64,000 bases of DNA from an uncultured Candidatus Binatia bacterium (GCA_965203745.1 CBDBDK010000002.1:194904-258903); one strand, 5' to 3'. Counted from the first letter of the stretch, positions 28,062 to 38,643 are shown. Made by a program: numbers and translations. Notes: a model not told the origin generated them from the letters alone.

Positions 28062-28469
28062 TCAGTCTAAAATGGCCGTCCCGCTGATCTCGACCATCTG
28101 CTCGGGCACAAAGAGGCCCTTGATCTCGACCCAGGTACTCGTCGGCGAATAGCCCCCAAATGCCTCACGAAAGACGTCGGCCGTTTTCTGGAGTTCGGTC
28201 ATATTCGTGGTATAGACGGTTTGGGCGACCCAGTTTTCGAACGTCGCTCCCTCGGCGGCCAGACAGCGTTTGATGATCTCCAGGGTGTGGGCGACCTGGG
28301 CGCGGATATCTCCGACCCCGACGACCTCAACCTGCTCAAGGTTGCCCTTGAAGGGGGCGACGCCCGATAGATAGAGCGTATTGCCGGCTCTGATGTTTTG
28401 GGTGAAGCCGTAGGTCTGAAAGATCTCGTCCGCAATATAGTCCACATCCGGGTTGCTGCGTGTGATCAT
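28062..28469 (-). CDS. RidA family protein
   Basis: Start at MITRSNPDVDY with AGGAGG RBS. The ORF track's longer N-terminus is Arg/Cys-rich junk. LYLSGVAPF ... TVYTTN ... VEISGTAIL. Confidence 0.75.
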   Translation of the reverse strand: MITRSNPDVDYIADEIFQTYGFTQNIRAGNTLYLSGVAPFKGNLEQVEVVGVGDIRAQVAHTLEIIKRCLAAEGATFENWVAQTVYTTNMTELQKTADVFREAFGGYSPTSTWVEIKGLFVPEQMVEISGTAILD

Positions 28470-28563
28470 AGCCTGCCTCCTCTTTGCGTGTGATTGACCC
28501 CGACTGTATGAAAAACGCCGGAGCCACGTCAAGGGAAAATACGGAATCTTGATCCCGGCTCTT

Positions 28564-29040
28564 TTACTGAGAGCGCAATATCTGCCGCATCTCCGCGTCC
28601 GTCGGAGCCTTCGGACAGGCCGGCAGGGCGGCGTGCAGCACGTTCCAGGGCTGGCCGTTCGCGGTCCAGACATTGACTGCGGGCTGAAACTGCTCCGGCT
28701 CATCCCGGCTGGCGGCCCAGACGCCTATCAGGTCGGGAACCAGTTCGGCCAGGATAAAGACCGGCGAGCCGCACTGCGGACAAAAGCCGCGACGTACGGC
28801 CCGTCCGCTTTCGGCCTTCACTTCGTGATAGGTGACTGTTCCGGTGCTGGAGAGCGCGGTCTTGGGAACGTATGAGACCGGGCAAAAGGCGCTGCCGCTC
28901 GCGCGCTGACAGTCCCGACAGTGGCAATTCCACGAGAAAACCGGGTCGGCCGTACACTCATATCGAATTGCGCCACACGCGCAGCCACCAGAGAATGGGC
29001 GAGACATGACCGCCTCCTTTCCGTTCCTTGGCTGTATCAC
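28564..29040 (-). CDS. GFA family protein (CENP-V/glutathione-dependent formaldehyde-activating-like)
   Basis: Cys-rich zinc motifs CACGAIRYEC ... CHCRDCQRASGSAF ... CPQCGSP. Confidence 0.7.
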   Translation of the reverse strand: MIQPRNGKEAVMSRPFSGGCACGAIRYECTADPVFSWNCHCRDCQRASGSAFCPVSYVPKTALSSTGTVTYHEVKAESGRAVRRGFCPQCGSPVFILAELVPDLIGVWAASRDEPEQFQPAVNVWTANGQPWNVLHAALPACPKAPTDAEMRQILRSQ

Positions 29041-29056
29041 TCCGACGATCTGGAGG

Positions 29057-30505
29057 CTATCTCCTGAACGGCTGATAACGAGGCGAGTCCGGTTCTGACA
29101 GCCGCAGGACCGCCCTGCCTATGCCCGGCCAAATGCGCAGCAGGCCGAACGTTGCCCGGATGACGATCCACACCGCCATCGCCAGCCACACCTGAGCAAA
29201 CGCCTGCGTGTGCGTCGGGTCGATGAACAGCAGGACGAGAACGCCCGTTCCCGTGGCAACCATCATGGCGTTGCGCAGATAGGCATAATCACCGGTTCCC
29301 CAATGAATACCGTCTGTGACAAAGGACAGCGCGTTGAGCGGTTGGGTTATGGCGCAGATAAAGAGGCCGACCAGGAAAAGGGCCTGGGCGCTCGGCGGCA
29401 CTAAAAGAAGCGCCAGGAGTTGCTCTCCCAGCAGTAGTGCGAGCAACAGCACCCCGCCGGTCCCCAGCGCCCAGCGACAGGCAATGCGCGCGGCCTGCCG
29501 GGCGATGTCTATCCGTGTTGCGCCCAGGAAGTACCCGATAAGACTTTGGGCCGTGACGGCATAGGTATCCAGCAGAAAGGCCAGAAACATCCATAACTGA
29601 CGCAGGGCCTGATGCGCCGCTCCGGCCTCGACGCTGATCTGAAGGGCCGTCCAGGTCGAGATCAGCATAAAGATCTGAGCGAATCCCGTCCGTAGCGCCA
29701 GGTCGCGGCCAATCAGAAAAAAACGACGCGTCCGCTGCCAGGCAAACTCAGCGCTCAGCCCCGTACGCTTGGCAACGCCCCAGAGCGCCCACACCATACC
29801 GAGAACCTGGCTCAGCACGGTCGCCCAGGCGGCGCCGGCAATCCCCAGCGCCGGAACCGGGCCAACCCCGAAAATCAGAACCGGGTCCAGGATGATGTTG
29901 ACCAGACTCATTCCGCCCGCAATCCAGAGCGATGTGCGCATGGCTTGCAGCCCGCGCAATACGCCAAACGCAGCGGTGACAACGAGACTGGGAACCACAC
30001 CGAGCAGGCGAATGTAAAGATAGATTTGCGTATTCGTCTGCACGACGGCATCCGCGCTCATCCAGACGGAAAAACGCTCGATTCCCGGCCAGGTGATGAG
30101 CGTCAGCCCCAGCCCCAGAAGAACGGCGAGCAGTATGCCCAGGCTGGCTACACTCCCGACTTGTTGCGTTTTCCCTGCTCCCATGGCTTGCGCCACTTCG
30201 GTTTGGGTGCCCACGCCCAGGAAATTGAAGATCCAGAGGACGCCGGACAGCAGCGCGGTCGCCGCGCCAAGTCCGGCCGCCGAAGCCGCGCCCAGCCGTT
30301 CCACAAATGCGGTATCAACCAGGCTGGCAAACGGCTCGACCACGAGAGAGGCCATGACGGGCAGACTCAGGGTCGTAAAGGTGCGATGGGGGTGAAGGAC
30401 GAACGGATGTTTGTCTGGAGACTCCACAGGGGTGGTCATAGGGATGGGTTCTCTTCGTGGGAGAACTGAAGATACGCCTGCTGCATAGACAGCCTGATTT
30501 AACAA
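29057..30505 (-). CDS. MATE family efflux transporter
   Basis: 12-TM protein. VDTAFVERLG ... LGVGTQTEVAQAMGAG typical of MATE. The real start is probably the internal Met near 30439. Confidence 0.8.
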   Translation of the reverse strand: MLNQAVYAAGVSSVLPRREPIPMTTPVESPDKHPFVLHPHRTFTTLSLPVMASLVVEPFASLVDTAFVERLGAASAAGLGAATALLSGVLWIFNFLGVGTQTEVAQAMGAGKTQQVGSVASLGILLAVLLGLGLTLITWPGIERFSVWMSADAVVQTNTQIYLYIRLLGVVPSLVVTAAFGVLRGLQAMRTSLWIAGGMSLVNIILDPVLIFGVGPVPALGIAGAAWATVLSQVLGMVWALWGVAKRTGLSAEFAWQRTRRFFLIGRDLALRTGFAQIFMLISTWTALQISVEAGAAHQALRQLWMFLAFLLDTYAVTAQSLIGYFLGATRIDIARQAARIACRWALGTGGVLLLALLLGEQLLALLLVPPSAQALFLVGLFICAITQPLNALSFVTDGIHWGTGDYAYLRNAMMVATGTGVLVLLFIDPTHTQAFAQVWLAMAVWIVIRATFGLLRIWPGIGRAVLRLSEPDSPRYQPFRR

Positions 30506-30735
30506 AAAAATCGACCCCAGGCGAATTTGGGTAGTGTCTCACTTCGAGTATTTCCCCGCCCCTTCGCCCCCCGTGTGCTTCGCCTTCGCCCTTCCAGGGC
30601 TACGCTCAGCATGAGCGGGAGACCGTTCGCCCTGAGTGTAGCGCAAGCGAAGTCGGCGGGCTGGGGGAAACCCACCCCGCCGCTGACGCGGCACCCCTCC
30701 CAAGAGGGGATGGAATCGGATAGTGAGGGGGCAGT

Positions 30736-31410
30736 ATGACTGACCCGACTGTCCTGCTGACCGCGCTGCAACACGGTGACAGCTTTTTCCCCGGTGGAGG
30801 TTTTGCCGCTTCGTGGGGATTGGAGACGCTCTTTACCGATACCTATGTTCATGACGCCGAGACCCTGCTGCACTTCGTCCAGGGCCAGCTCTGCCAGCGT
30901 TGGGCGCGGTGCGACCGACTCGCTCTTGTGTGGTCGCACCGCGCGACGAGCGAGCTGGAAAAAGTTGCCGCGGTTGATGCAGAATTGGAAGCGCTCTCGC
31001 TTGCACGTGAGTTGCGGGCCGTCTCGCAGCGGGCCGGCCGGGCTCTGCTGCGCGTGCACGTCCGGCTTAAGACGCCCCGTGCGGCCGACTACCTGGAGTG
31101 GGTCAAAACCGGGCAGGCGTGGGGTCATCTCCCGGTCGTTCAAGGGCTGATCTGGCGGGGGGTCGGGTTAGACGCGGAGCAGGCCAGCCTGCTGTCCGGC
31201 CATCTCCAGGTCATGGCGTTTGTGAGTGCCGCCATCCGGCTCGGCTTTGTGAGCCATATCCAGGCCCAACTGATTGTACAGCGGATACATCCCACGCTGA
31301 CCGCGCTGCTTGCCGCGCCCCTGTCCGAGTCTCTCAGCAGCTTTACGCCGGTCTCTGATATTGCCATGATGCGGCATGAGACCCAGGCGACGCGGTTGTT
31401 TGCGAATTGA
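30736..31410 (+). CDS. ureF: urease accessory protein UreF
   Basis: [26 protein letters not shown] matches the UreF N-terminal consensus. Confidence 0.75.
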   Translation: MTDPTVLLTALQHGDSFFPGGGFAASWGLETLFTDTYVHDAETLLHFVQGQLCQRWARCDRLALVWSHRATSELEKVAAVDAELEALSLARELRAVSQRAGRALLRVHVRLKTPRAADYLEWVKTGQAWGHLPVVQGLIWRGVGLDAEQASLLSGHLQVMAFVSAAIRLGFVSHIQAQLIVQRIHPTLTALLAAPLSESLSSFTPVSDIAMMRHETQATRLFAN

Positions 31411-31466
31411 CCTGTGCGCTCGGTGCACACCCCACGCTCAGTAGTCGATCTCCAGGAGGAACGCCC

Positions 31467-32171
31467 ATGCTGAACCTCACGCCCACGGAAAACGAACGCT
31501 TAACCATTTTTATGGCGGCTGAACTGGCGCGCCGTCATAAGGCCAAAGGGCTCAAGCTCAACGCCGCCGAGTCCATTGCCTATATCACGGACGAACTGCT
31601 TGAGGGCGCGCGCGAGGGGAAATCGGTTGCGGAACTGGTCAGCCTGGGATCAACGCTGCTGACGACCGATGACGTGTTGCCCAACGTTGCTCAACTGGTG
31701 TCCCGGATTATGGTGGATGGGATGTTCCCGGATGGGACCAAGCTCATTGCCGTGTATAATCCGATCCGCCCCGGCTCCGAGCCGCTGCCCGAATCGCCCT
31801 ATGGACGGCCCGGCGGAATTATCACGCCTGATGAAGAGATCGACCTGAACGCAGGCCGCGAGACCCTGACCCTCGATGTCGTCAATACCGGGGATCGCGC
31901 CATTCAGGTGGCCAGTCATTTTCATTTCTTTGAAGCCAACAAGGCTCTGGAGTTTGATCGGGCACAGGCGTTCGGCATGCGCCTGGACGTACCGGCGGGC
32001 GCGTCGGTGCGCTTTGAGCCTGGTATGAAGAAAGCCGTCCCGCTCGTCGCCCTGGGCGGCAGCGGCGAAGTCACCGGCCTCAACAATCTTACCAACGGCT
32101 CTATTCATTCAGAAGCGGTCAAGCGGGCCGCTCTTCAACGGGCCAAGGAGCGCGGCTTTAAGGGCGCATAG
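31467..32171 (+). CDS. ureAB: urease gamma-beta fusion subunit (UreAB)
   Basis: Starts [32 protein letters not shown] (UreA), then runs into the UreB core ([32 protein letters not shown]). The ORF track's 31407 start adds 20 non-conserved residues. Confidence 0.85.
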   Translation: MLNLTPTENERLTIFMAAELARRHKAKGLKLNAAESIAYITDELLEGAREGKSVAELVSLGSTLLTTDDVLPNVAQLVSRIMVDGMFPDGTKLIAVYNPIRPGSEPLPESPYGRPGGIITPDEEIDLNAGRETLTLDVVNTGDRAIQVASHFHFFEANKALEFDRAQAFGMRLDVPAGASVRFEPGMKKAVPLVALGGSGEVTGLNNLTNGSIHSEAVKRAALQRAKERGFKGA

Positions 32172-32180
32172 GGGGGGAAC

Positions 32181-33890
32181 ATGGCCAGACTGACACGGGC
32201 GGCCTATGCGGCCACGTATGGACCAACAACGGGCGATATGGTGCGTCTGGGCGACACTTCACTACTGGCTGAGGTTGAGCACGACCATGCGGTCTATGGC
32301 GACGAGTGTCTGACCGGGGCTGGCAAGGTGATGCGCGACGGGATGGGCTTTCACGCCTCCACGACCGCGGCGTCGGGCGGGCTGGATATGGTGGTCCAGA
32401 ACGCCACGATCATCGACCCGGTGCTGGGCATTGTGAAGGGCGATATCGGCATTAAAGACGGCAAGATCGTGGGTGTGGGCAAAGCCGGGAATCCCGCCAT
32501 CCAGGACGGGGTCCAGCCCGGGCTGGTCTGCGGTCCCTGTACGACCATTGTGCACGGCGATGGGTTGATTATTACCCCAGGGGGAGTGGAGGCGCACGCC
32601 CACTTTCTGTGTCCGCAGCAGTGTGAACACGCCCTGGCCAGCGGCATTACGACCATTATTGGCGGAACTATGGGGCCGCATTTTGATATCAGCTGCGCGG
32701 GACCGAACAATCTGGCCAAGATGCTCAAAGCCTGCGAGCACTACCCCTTGAATTTCGGCTTTCTGGGACGGGGCAACTCGCATGTCGGCGCTGCGATTGA
32801 GGAGAGCGTGGCCGGTGGGGCGATCGGCGTCAAGGTCCACGAGGATTTTGGAGCCATGCCGGCCACCATCGACTGCGCGCTCACGGTGGCGGATCAGTAT
32901 GACTTTCAGGTGCAGCTCCATACCGACACCATCAACGAGGCCGGCTACTGTGAGGATACGCTGGCCGCGGTCGCCGGTCGGACGATCCATATGTATCACG
33001 TCGAGGGGGCCGGAGGCGGCCACGCGCCCGATCTCATCCGTGTGGCCGGTGTGGCCAACTGTCTGCCGTCTTCCACCAATCCGACCAACCCCTACTCGCG
33101 CAACGCGCTCGACGAAGCCCTGCCCATGACCATGGACGCCCATATGCTGAATTGGCGTTTGCCGGAAGATGTCGCCTTTGCCGAAAGCCGCATCCGTCCG
33201 CAGACCATGGCCGCAGAAGACGTGTTGCACGACCTGGGCGCGATCTCGATGTTTGCCGCGGACACGCAGGGGATGGGACGGGTGCATGAAACCATTACGA
33301 ATTGCTGGCGACTGGCGAGTAAAATGAAGGACCAACGCGGTCGCCTGCCCACGGAAAAAACGGCGCGCGCCGATAACGAGCGGATCAAACGCTATATTGC
33401 CAAGTACACCATCAACCCGGCCCGGGCGATGGGCATTGACCACTACGTCGGCTCGCTGGAGGCCGGTAAGATGGCTGATATGGTGCTGTGGGGGGCGGCA
33501 TTTTTTGGGGCCAAACCGCTGATGGTAATGAAGGGCGGCTTTATGGCCTGGTCTATCATGGGAGACGCGAGTGGCTGCATCTTCCCGGTCGAGCCTATTA
33601 TCCAGCGTCCCATGTGGGGAGCGGTGGGCAGCGCGCCGTCGGCCCTCAGTGCGGTCTTCGCCAGTTCCCTGGCGCTTGAGGCCGATATTCCGCGCAGGCT
33701 CGAACTCCACAAACCCATGTTGCCGATTCGGAATACCCGCGCGGTGGGGAAGGGGGATATGCTGCATAACGACGCCTGCCCGGACATCACCGTCAACCCG
33801 CACACGCATGAGGTATACGCCGATGGTGAGTTGATGACGTGTGAGCCCGCGGATGAAGTCCCGCTCGCCAGAAAGTATTTTTTACGCTGA
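32181..33890 (+). CDS. ureC: urease alpha subunit UreC
   Basis: 569 aa. [28 protein letters not shown] ... [18 protein letters not shown] ... GGGHAPD nickel-ligand blocks. Confidence 0.95.
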   Translation: MARLTRAAYAATYGPTTGDMVRLGDTSLLAEVEHDHAVYGDECLTGAGKVMRDGMGFHASTTAASGGLDMVVQNATIIDPVLGIVKGDIGIKDGKIVGVGKAGNPAIQDGVQPGLVCGPCTTIVHGDGLIITPGGVEAHAHFLCPQQCEHALASGITTIIGGTMGPHFDISCAGPNNLAKMLKACEHYPLNFGFLGRGNSHVGAAIEESVAGGAIGVKVHEDFGAMPATIDCALTVADQYDFQVQLHTDTINEAGYCEDTLAAVAGRTIHMYHVEGAGGGHAPDLIRVAGVANCLPSSTNPTNPYSRNALDEALPMTMDAHMLNWRLPEDVAFAESRIRPQTMAAEDVLHDLGAISMFAADTQGMGRVHETITNCWRLASKMKDQRGRLPTEKTARADNERIKRYIAKYTINPARAMGIDHYVGSLEAGKMADMVLWGAAFFGAKPLMVMKGGFMAWSIMGDASGCIFPVEPIIQRPMWGAVGSAPSALSAVFASSLALEADIPRRLELHKPMLPIRNTRAVGKGDMLHNDACPDITVNPHTHEVYADGELMTCEPADEVPLARKYFLR

Positions 33891-33914
33891 GCGGCGCAGC
33901 GTCCGTGGAACGCC

Positions 33915-34799
33915 ATGAGCAGTGCATCCGCCCCTGGGCTCTCGGCCGAGCCATGCTCCGTTACGTCCCCGCACGTTTCTCTCAGCTTCAAGTGTGACCC
34001 CTCCGGTCAGACCTTTATCACCAGGCAACGGACGACATATCCCTTCACCTTTACCCAGCCGTTCTGTCTCGACCGGGCTCCGCGCGGGATGCTGACGCTG
34101 ATGCTCCAGTCCATCTCTGGTGGGGTGTATGAAAATGAGCGCTTAACGCTCGATTTTTCGGTGAAGGACGGCGCGTGCGTGCATCTGACCACCCAAGGGG
34201 CGACTGTTGTCCACTCGATGCGGGAGGGTAGGGTCGCCATGCAGCAGGTTTCCATCCGAGCGGGCAAGGGTAGCTTTATCGAGTATCTACCCGACCCGCT
34301 CGCCTTATTCCCTCAAGCGCACTTTCGCTCTTCGGTCCATATCGCTGTCGAAGAAGGCGCGACGGTCATCAGCGGCGATGCCTTTGGACTGCACGACCCG
34401 GAGGCCTTAGCCCGTCCGTTTGGCTCGATTTTCAGTGAAACCGTATTCCAGCGACCGGACGGACAGCGTCGCTGTGTAGACCGCTTCGAGATGAGCGGTC
34501 ACGAGTTCATTGCGAGTCTGCCTTCGGCCCTGCGGTACTATCAGACGCAGGGGACGTTCTGGGTGGTGTCGGACCACGATACCGAGGAGATGGTGACCGC
34601 CCTACGAACGGCGCTCGATCCTCTGCCCGATATCTATGCCGGCGCGTCGATCCTGCCCGACGATGCGGGCGTCTGGATGCGCGTGCTCGCCCTTGACGCG
34701 ATTGCCCTGCGCAGCGCGTTTCATGCGGCCTGGAGTGCGGTGCGGTTATGTCTGACCGGTGTGGAACCGCCGAGCCGCCGCAAATCGGGTTGGCTGTGA
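33915..34799 (+). CDS. ureD: urease accessory protein UreD/UreH
   Basis: 294 aa immediately after ureC. UreD-like pattern of length and position. Residue-level match is from memory only. Confidence 0.65.
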   Translation: MSSASAPGLSAEPCSVTSPHVSLSFKCDPSGQTFITRQRTTYPFTFTQPFCLDRAPRGMLTLMLQSISGGVYENERLTLDFSVKDGACVHLTTQGATVVHSMREGRVAMQQVSIRAGKGSFIEYLPDPLALFPQAHFRSSVHIAVEEGATVISGDAFGLHDPEALARPFGSIFSETVFQRPDGQRRCVDRFEMSGHEFIASLPSALRYYQTQGTFWVVSDHDTEEMVTALRTALDPLPDIYAGASILPDDAGVWMRVLALDAIALRSAFHAAWSAVRLCLTGVEPPSRRKSGWL

Positions 34800-34809
34800 G
34801 GGGTGAGAC

Positions 34810-35316
34810 CTAGAACCAATAATCGTCCCACACCAGCAAACCCACCACGGCGCGACGGTGGTACCGCCTGGTGTATTCTTCGGCGGCTTCGATAGCCGCC
34901 CCTTCCTGCAAGTGGTAGGACAGGACGTCGCCTTGCACGCCAGGCGCGGGAGACGGTTCGGCTAAGAGAATGAAGGATTCTCCCAGTCCGGTGACCGGCG
35001 TGCGGTCTCCGTGAGCGGGCTGGTGGAGCGGAGAGGAATGTTTTGTCCGCGTGTGGAAACCGGCGGGGCGCGTACTATAGCATTTTTCCAACAACCAGAC
35101 ATGCGCGAAGCCGGGTGGAATCTGCTTGCGCGCTTCCGGATAGATGGATTCCACCCGCTCCTTGTCGAGTAGAACGCTCCAGCGTTGGCGGCGGTTGGAG
35201 ACATAAATAAACAAGAGTCCCGCATCCCCTCGACCGATACGGGTAAACGGCGTCCGAGTCGGCAGGACCTGGGAAGGGAAGTTACGGTAGTAGTAGTCCG
35301 GCGGCGGAGTATCCAT
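34810..35316 (-). CDS. hypothetical protein
   Basis: 168-aa ORF. No family recognised. Confidence 0.35.
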   Translation of the reverse strand: MDTPPPDYYYRNFPSQVLPTRTPFTRIGRGDAGLLFIYVSNRRQRWSVLLDKERVESIYPEARKQIPPGFAHVWLLEKCYSTRPAGFHTRTKHSSPLHQPAHGDRTPVTGLGESFILLAEPSPAPGVQGDVLSYHLQEGAAIEAAEEYTRRYHRRAVVGLLVWDDYWF

Positions 35317-35334
35317 AATTAAAGAAGAACTGTG

Positions 35335-35820
35335 TCACAGTGGCTTTTGTAAAAAAAGAACCTGCCCGGCCTCTGGATCATAGGTCGCTCGAATAAAGCC
35401 GATACCAAAATACAGTCCTTGGGCAACCGTATTATTGAGTTGCACTTCCAGCGTCAGCTTACAGCAGCCCAACTCACGTGCCTTGTGTTCTACGCGCCGT
35501 AATAATAAGCGCCCGATGCCTTGTCCGCGACAGTCCGGATTTACCGCCAGGTCGTGGATGTTTATCAGCGGTTTCGCAGCAAAGGTGGAGAAGCCCCGGA
35601 AACACACGGCAATCCCCACGGCTTCGTCTCCTCGATAGGCCAGGAAAATCAACGTTGTCGGGTGGGCTTGCAGGCCTGGAATAAGGCGAGTGCACACGTC
35701 TTGCGGCAGGTCTTGACTATTGCCCATCGGATCGCGGGCGTAATTGTTCACAAGCCGGAGGACCGCCTCTTGGTGATCGGGCCGATGCAAGTCCGCTTCA
35801 ACAACGGTGAGGGTAGACAT
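35335..35820 (-). CDS. GNAT family N-acetyltransferase
   Basis: 161 aa. AcCoA-binding motif RGQGIGRLLL and GNAT fold pattern. Confidence 0.75.
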   Translation of the reverse strand: MSTLTVVEADLHRPDHQEAVLRLVNNYARDPMGNSQDLPQDVCTRLIPGLQAHPTTLIFLAYRGDEAVGIAVCFRGFSTFAAKPLINIHDLAVNPDCRGQGIGRLLLRRVEHKARELGCCKLTLEVQLNNTVAQGLYFGIGFIRATYDPEAGQVLFLQKPL

Positions 35821-35829
35821 AAGGCGCTC

Positions 35830-36195
35830 CTAGACCCAACTATCATTATCGGCCGTCAAGTCGCCACCGGCATCGCCGGTATTGACCGTGCCGGCGGGCT
35901 CAACCAGCAGGACGTGACATTCCTTTTCGGCCCACGGTTTATGCTCGACGCCTTTCGGCACAACAAACATTTCTCCCGCCCTCAGCGCCACACTGCCATC
36001 CTGAAAATCAATCTGCATCGATCCCTGTATCACAAGAAAGACTTCGTCCGTATCAGCATGCCTATGCCAAATAAAATCGCCTTGGAGCTTGACCAGCTTG
36101 AAATGATAGTCGTTCATCTGAGCGATAATTTTGGGAGACCAACGGTCTGAGAACGTGGTGAGTTTTTGCGTCAGATTGATGGGCGTATGGGTCAT
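35830..36195 (-). CDS. cupin domain protein
   Basis: 121 aa. [17 protein letters not shown] ... [10 protein letters not shown] cupin motifs. 4-nt ATGA overlap with the LOG gene. Confidence 0.6.
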   Translation of the reverse strand: MTHTPINLTQKLTTFSDRWSPKIIAQMNDYHFKLVKLQGDFIWHRHADTDEVFLVIQGSMQIDFQDGSVALRAGEMFVVPKGVEHKPWAEKECHVLLVEPAGTVNTGDAGGDLTADNDSWV

Positions 36196-36743
36196 GGTGA
36201 GCCTTCTTGTTGTTCCAAGCGATCCAGGAGCTTGCCCGGCTGTTCTTCGACCAGAAGCATAGTGTGATACTCAGCTTTCAAAAACTGCTCATTCACGGTG
36301 TGCTGCAAGAATTGAAGCAGCAGATCGTAGTAATGGTTGACGTTCAGCAGGCCACAGGGCTTGGCATGGATATTCAACGCCCGCCAGGTGAGCGCTTCAA
36401 ACAGCTCCTCCAGCGTGCCGATGCCGCCGGGTAGGGCGATCACGCCGTCGGCGAGTTCGGCCATTTTCGCCTTGCGCTCGTGCATGGAGCCAACCACGTG
36501 GAGTTCGGAGAGACCGTGGTGAGCCACCTCCCGGTCAACCAGCGTGTCGGGAATGACGCCGACCACCCGCCCATTCTCGGCCAGGACGGTGTCAGCCAGC
36601 GCGCCCATGAGACCGATATGCGCTCCTCCGTAGACCAGTTCGAGGCCCCGGGCGGCCAGTTCTCTGCCAAGCGCTTGGGCGGCCGAGAGATATTCCGGTC
36701 GGGCGCCCAGGTACGACCCGGTAAAAACACATAGGCGTTTCAT
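36192..36743 (-). CDS. LOG family protein (TIGR00730; cytokinin riboside 5'-monophosphate phosphoribohydrolase-like)
   Basis: [13 protein letters not shown] ... [16 protein letters not shown] ... [13 protein letters not shown]. Confidence 0.8.
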   Translation of the reverse strand: MKRLCVFTGSYLGARPEYLSAAQALGRELAARGLELVYGGAHIGLMGALADTVLAENGRVVGVIPDTLVDREVAHHGLSELHVVGSMHERKAKMAELADGVIALPGGIGTLEELFEALTWRALNIHAKPCGLLNVNHYYDLLLQFLQHTVNEQFLKAEYHTMLLVEEQPGKLLDRLEQQEGSP

Positions 36744-36861
36744 GCAGCGTATCCCATATGAGTGCTATCATATTGTTCTTCCTCGCCGTTCCGTGTAGAG
36801 GAAAAGCCTAGGGCAAGGAGAGGGCCTGATTATACCAGAAAGTTTTCTCAGGAGGACCTGC

Positions 36862-37695
36862 ATGCGCGCCGCCGAGCAACACCAAACATCTGACGACTGG
36901 GTCTGGCAAGCCATTCGAGACGAAGCCGCATTGGAAGCCGACCGCGAGCCTGTACTGGCGAGCTTTTTACACTCGATTATTCTGAATCACTCCTCACTGG
37001 AGGAAGCGCTGAGCTACCTTTTGGCTGGGAAGCTGACGAATCTCAATCTGCCGTCCATTACCCTGCGCGACATCATCATGGAAGCGCTGATCGATGACCG
37101 GCAGATCGGTCAGGCTGTTCGGGCGGACATTTGCGCGGTTCGCGACCGCGACCCGGCCTGTTCGTTCTATTCAGCGCCCCTGCTGTACTATAAGGGTTTG
37201 CACGCGCTCGAAGCCTATCGCGTGGCGCACTGGCTATGGAAGCAGGACCGGAAGACCTTGGCCTTCTGCTTGCAGAATCGGATTTCGGAAGTCTTTAGCG
37301 TGGATATCCACCCGGCCGCCCGTATTGGTTCGGGGATTTTTATTGACCACGGCAGCAGCCTCGTCATTGGGGAGACGGCCGTGGTTGAGGACAATGTGTC
37401 CATGCTCCAGGAAGTGACCCTCGGAGGAACCGGAAAAGAGACTGGTGACCGGCATCCCAAGATTCGGACGGGAGTGTTGATCAGCGCCGGGGCCAAGATT
37501 CTGGGCAATGTCGAGGTTGGGGCAAACGCGAAAGTGGGGGCGGGGAGTGTCGTGCTCACCAATGTCCCAGCGGGCTGTACGGTCGCCGGCGTGCCGGCCA
37601 AGCTGGTGGGCCGTTGCGCCAAACTCCAGCAGCCGGCGTTCGAGATGGACCACAACCTGCCCACCGGAGAAGAGGACTCCCGAAGAGGTATCTGA
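36862..37695 (+). CDS. cysE: serine O-acetyltransferase
   Basis: SATase N-domain plus hexapeptide repeats (IHPAARIGSGIFIDHGSSLVIGETAVV ... GGTGKETGDRHPKI). Confidence 0.85.
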   Translation: MRAAEQHQTSDDWVWQAIRDEAALEADREPVLASFLHSIILNHSSLEEALSYLLAGKLTNLNLPSITLRDIIMEALIDDRQIGQAVRADICAVRDRDPACSFYSAPLLYYKGLHALEAYRVAHWLWKQDRKTLAFCLQNRISEVFSVDIHPAARIGSGIFIDHGSSLVIGETAVVEDNVSMLQEVTLGGTGKETGDRHPKIRTGVLISAGAKILGNVEVGANAKVGAGSVVLTNVPAGCTVAGVPAKLVGRCAKLQQPAFEMDHNLPTGEEDSRRGI

Positions 37696-37706
37696 AGCGG
37701 GTGGCG

Positions 37707-38390
37707 TCACTCTGACAGCGTACGTGCCTGACCGCCGCAAAACCGTTTGATGAGGGCGAGGAGTTCGTTCGCCACTTCGTGCAGATAAGCCCCTTCCGTC
37801 CGGGCATTGCCCTGCACAATGAAAAAACCGTCGGTTGTATCGAGGGCGATTTTCGTTCTCTCGCACTGGCGGACTTCCAAGCGACACAGCACGTTGTGCG
37901 CGTCGTCGATATAGGCGTATTCGCCGGGGCTCACGACTTTGGGCTTGTCCGAGCCCATGGGCCAAAAGGTCTCGTTGCCGTCCGTGAGACGAAGCTGCAC
38001 ATTGCCGCTGATCGCGCTGAGGTCGTGCGCCCCCAAAGAGAGACGGGTTTTCACCGATACGAGGTTATAGATATCGACGAGCAGATTGACCTGCGGCAGT
38101 CCGCCGGTTTGTGAGACCAGCTTGAGCAGGCTTTCCGGTGAGGCCACGTTTTTCCGATTGGAGCGTCCAATCGCGTCATGCAGGGCGCGAAAGCCGTTCA
38201 GAATGGGGTCGGTCCGTATGGCTTCCGACGAGAGGTCTGCGGTCACCTGGGCCAGCGTTTGCGCCTTGAGTTTTTCAAACTCCGGATGTGTGTGTTGATT
38301 GTGGACCCCCTCAATCACAAAGCAGACAGCTTTGAGGCCAAGCGACTGTGCGGCATCAGAAATATGGAACTGAAACTGTTCGGAAGGCAT
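37707..38390 (-). CDS. B3/B4 tRNA-binding domain protein
   Basis: 227 aa with B3/4-like sequence (phenylalanyl-tRNA synthetase beta-related). Confidence 0.55.
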   Translation of the reverse strand: MPSEQFQFHISDAAQSLGLKAVCFVIEGVHNQHTHPEFEKLKAQTLAQVTADLSSEAIRTDPILNGFRALHDAIGRSNRKNVASPESLLKLVSQTGGLPQVNLLVDIYNLVSVKTRLSLGAHDLSAISGNVQLRLTDGNETFWPMGSDKPKVVSPGEYAYIDDAHNVLCRLEVRQCERTKIALDTTDGFFIVQGNARTEGAYLHEVANELLALIKRFCGGQARTLSE

Positions 38391-38487
38391 GAAATCTTTT
38401 TATCTTCCTGACAGTTGGCTCGGGGGGCCGTCAAACCGAGAGAACTCAGCAGTGTAGAGTGAGTCCTTCATCCGGGTGGATTTGCTC

Positions 38488-38643
38488 TCAAAATTTGTGA
38501 CGTTCGATTCCCGGAATACGGTCAAAGTCGCTATCAAAGCTGACGATCTCATTCAGGTTCAGGCGCTTCATAAGAACCGCGTGATAGGCATCCGCAAAGT
38601 TTTCAAGCTGGTCAAGCCGAAGGGGTAGGGGAGGTCGTACGCC
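38488..38643 (-). pseudogene. remnant of PIN-domain (VapC-like) toxin gene, C-terminal ~45 codons only
   Basis: Manual translation of the minus strand directly after the cysK stop gives ...LDQLENFADAYHAVLMKRLNLNEIVSFDSDFDRIPGIERHKF*. This carries the characteristic VapC C-terminal [ST]xDxDFxRIPG motif and the preceding conserved acidic-residue block. There is no upstream PIN N-terminus and no antitoxin. Confidence 0.4.

Noticed and set aside
30506-30735. Possible riboswitch (e.g. guanidine/ykkC or NiCo) in the urease leader
   Set aside because: I could not recognise the conserved cores of those riboswitch classes by eye. Only generic C-rich repeats and a short hairpin are visible. Left as an unexplained leader pending an Infernal scan.
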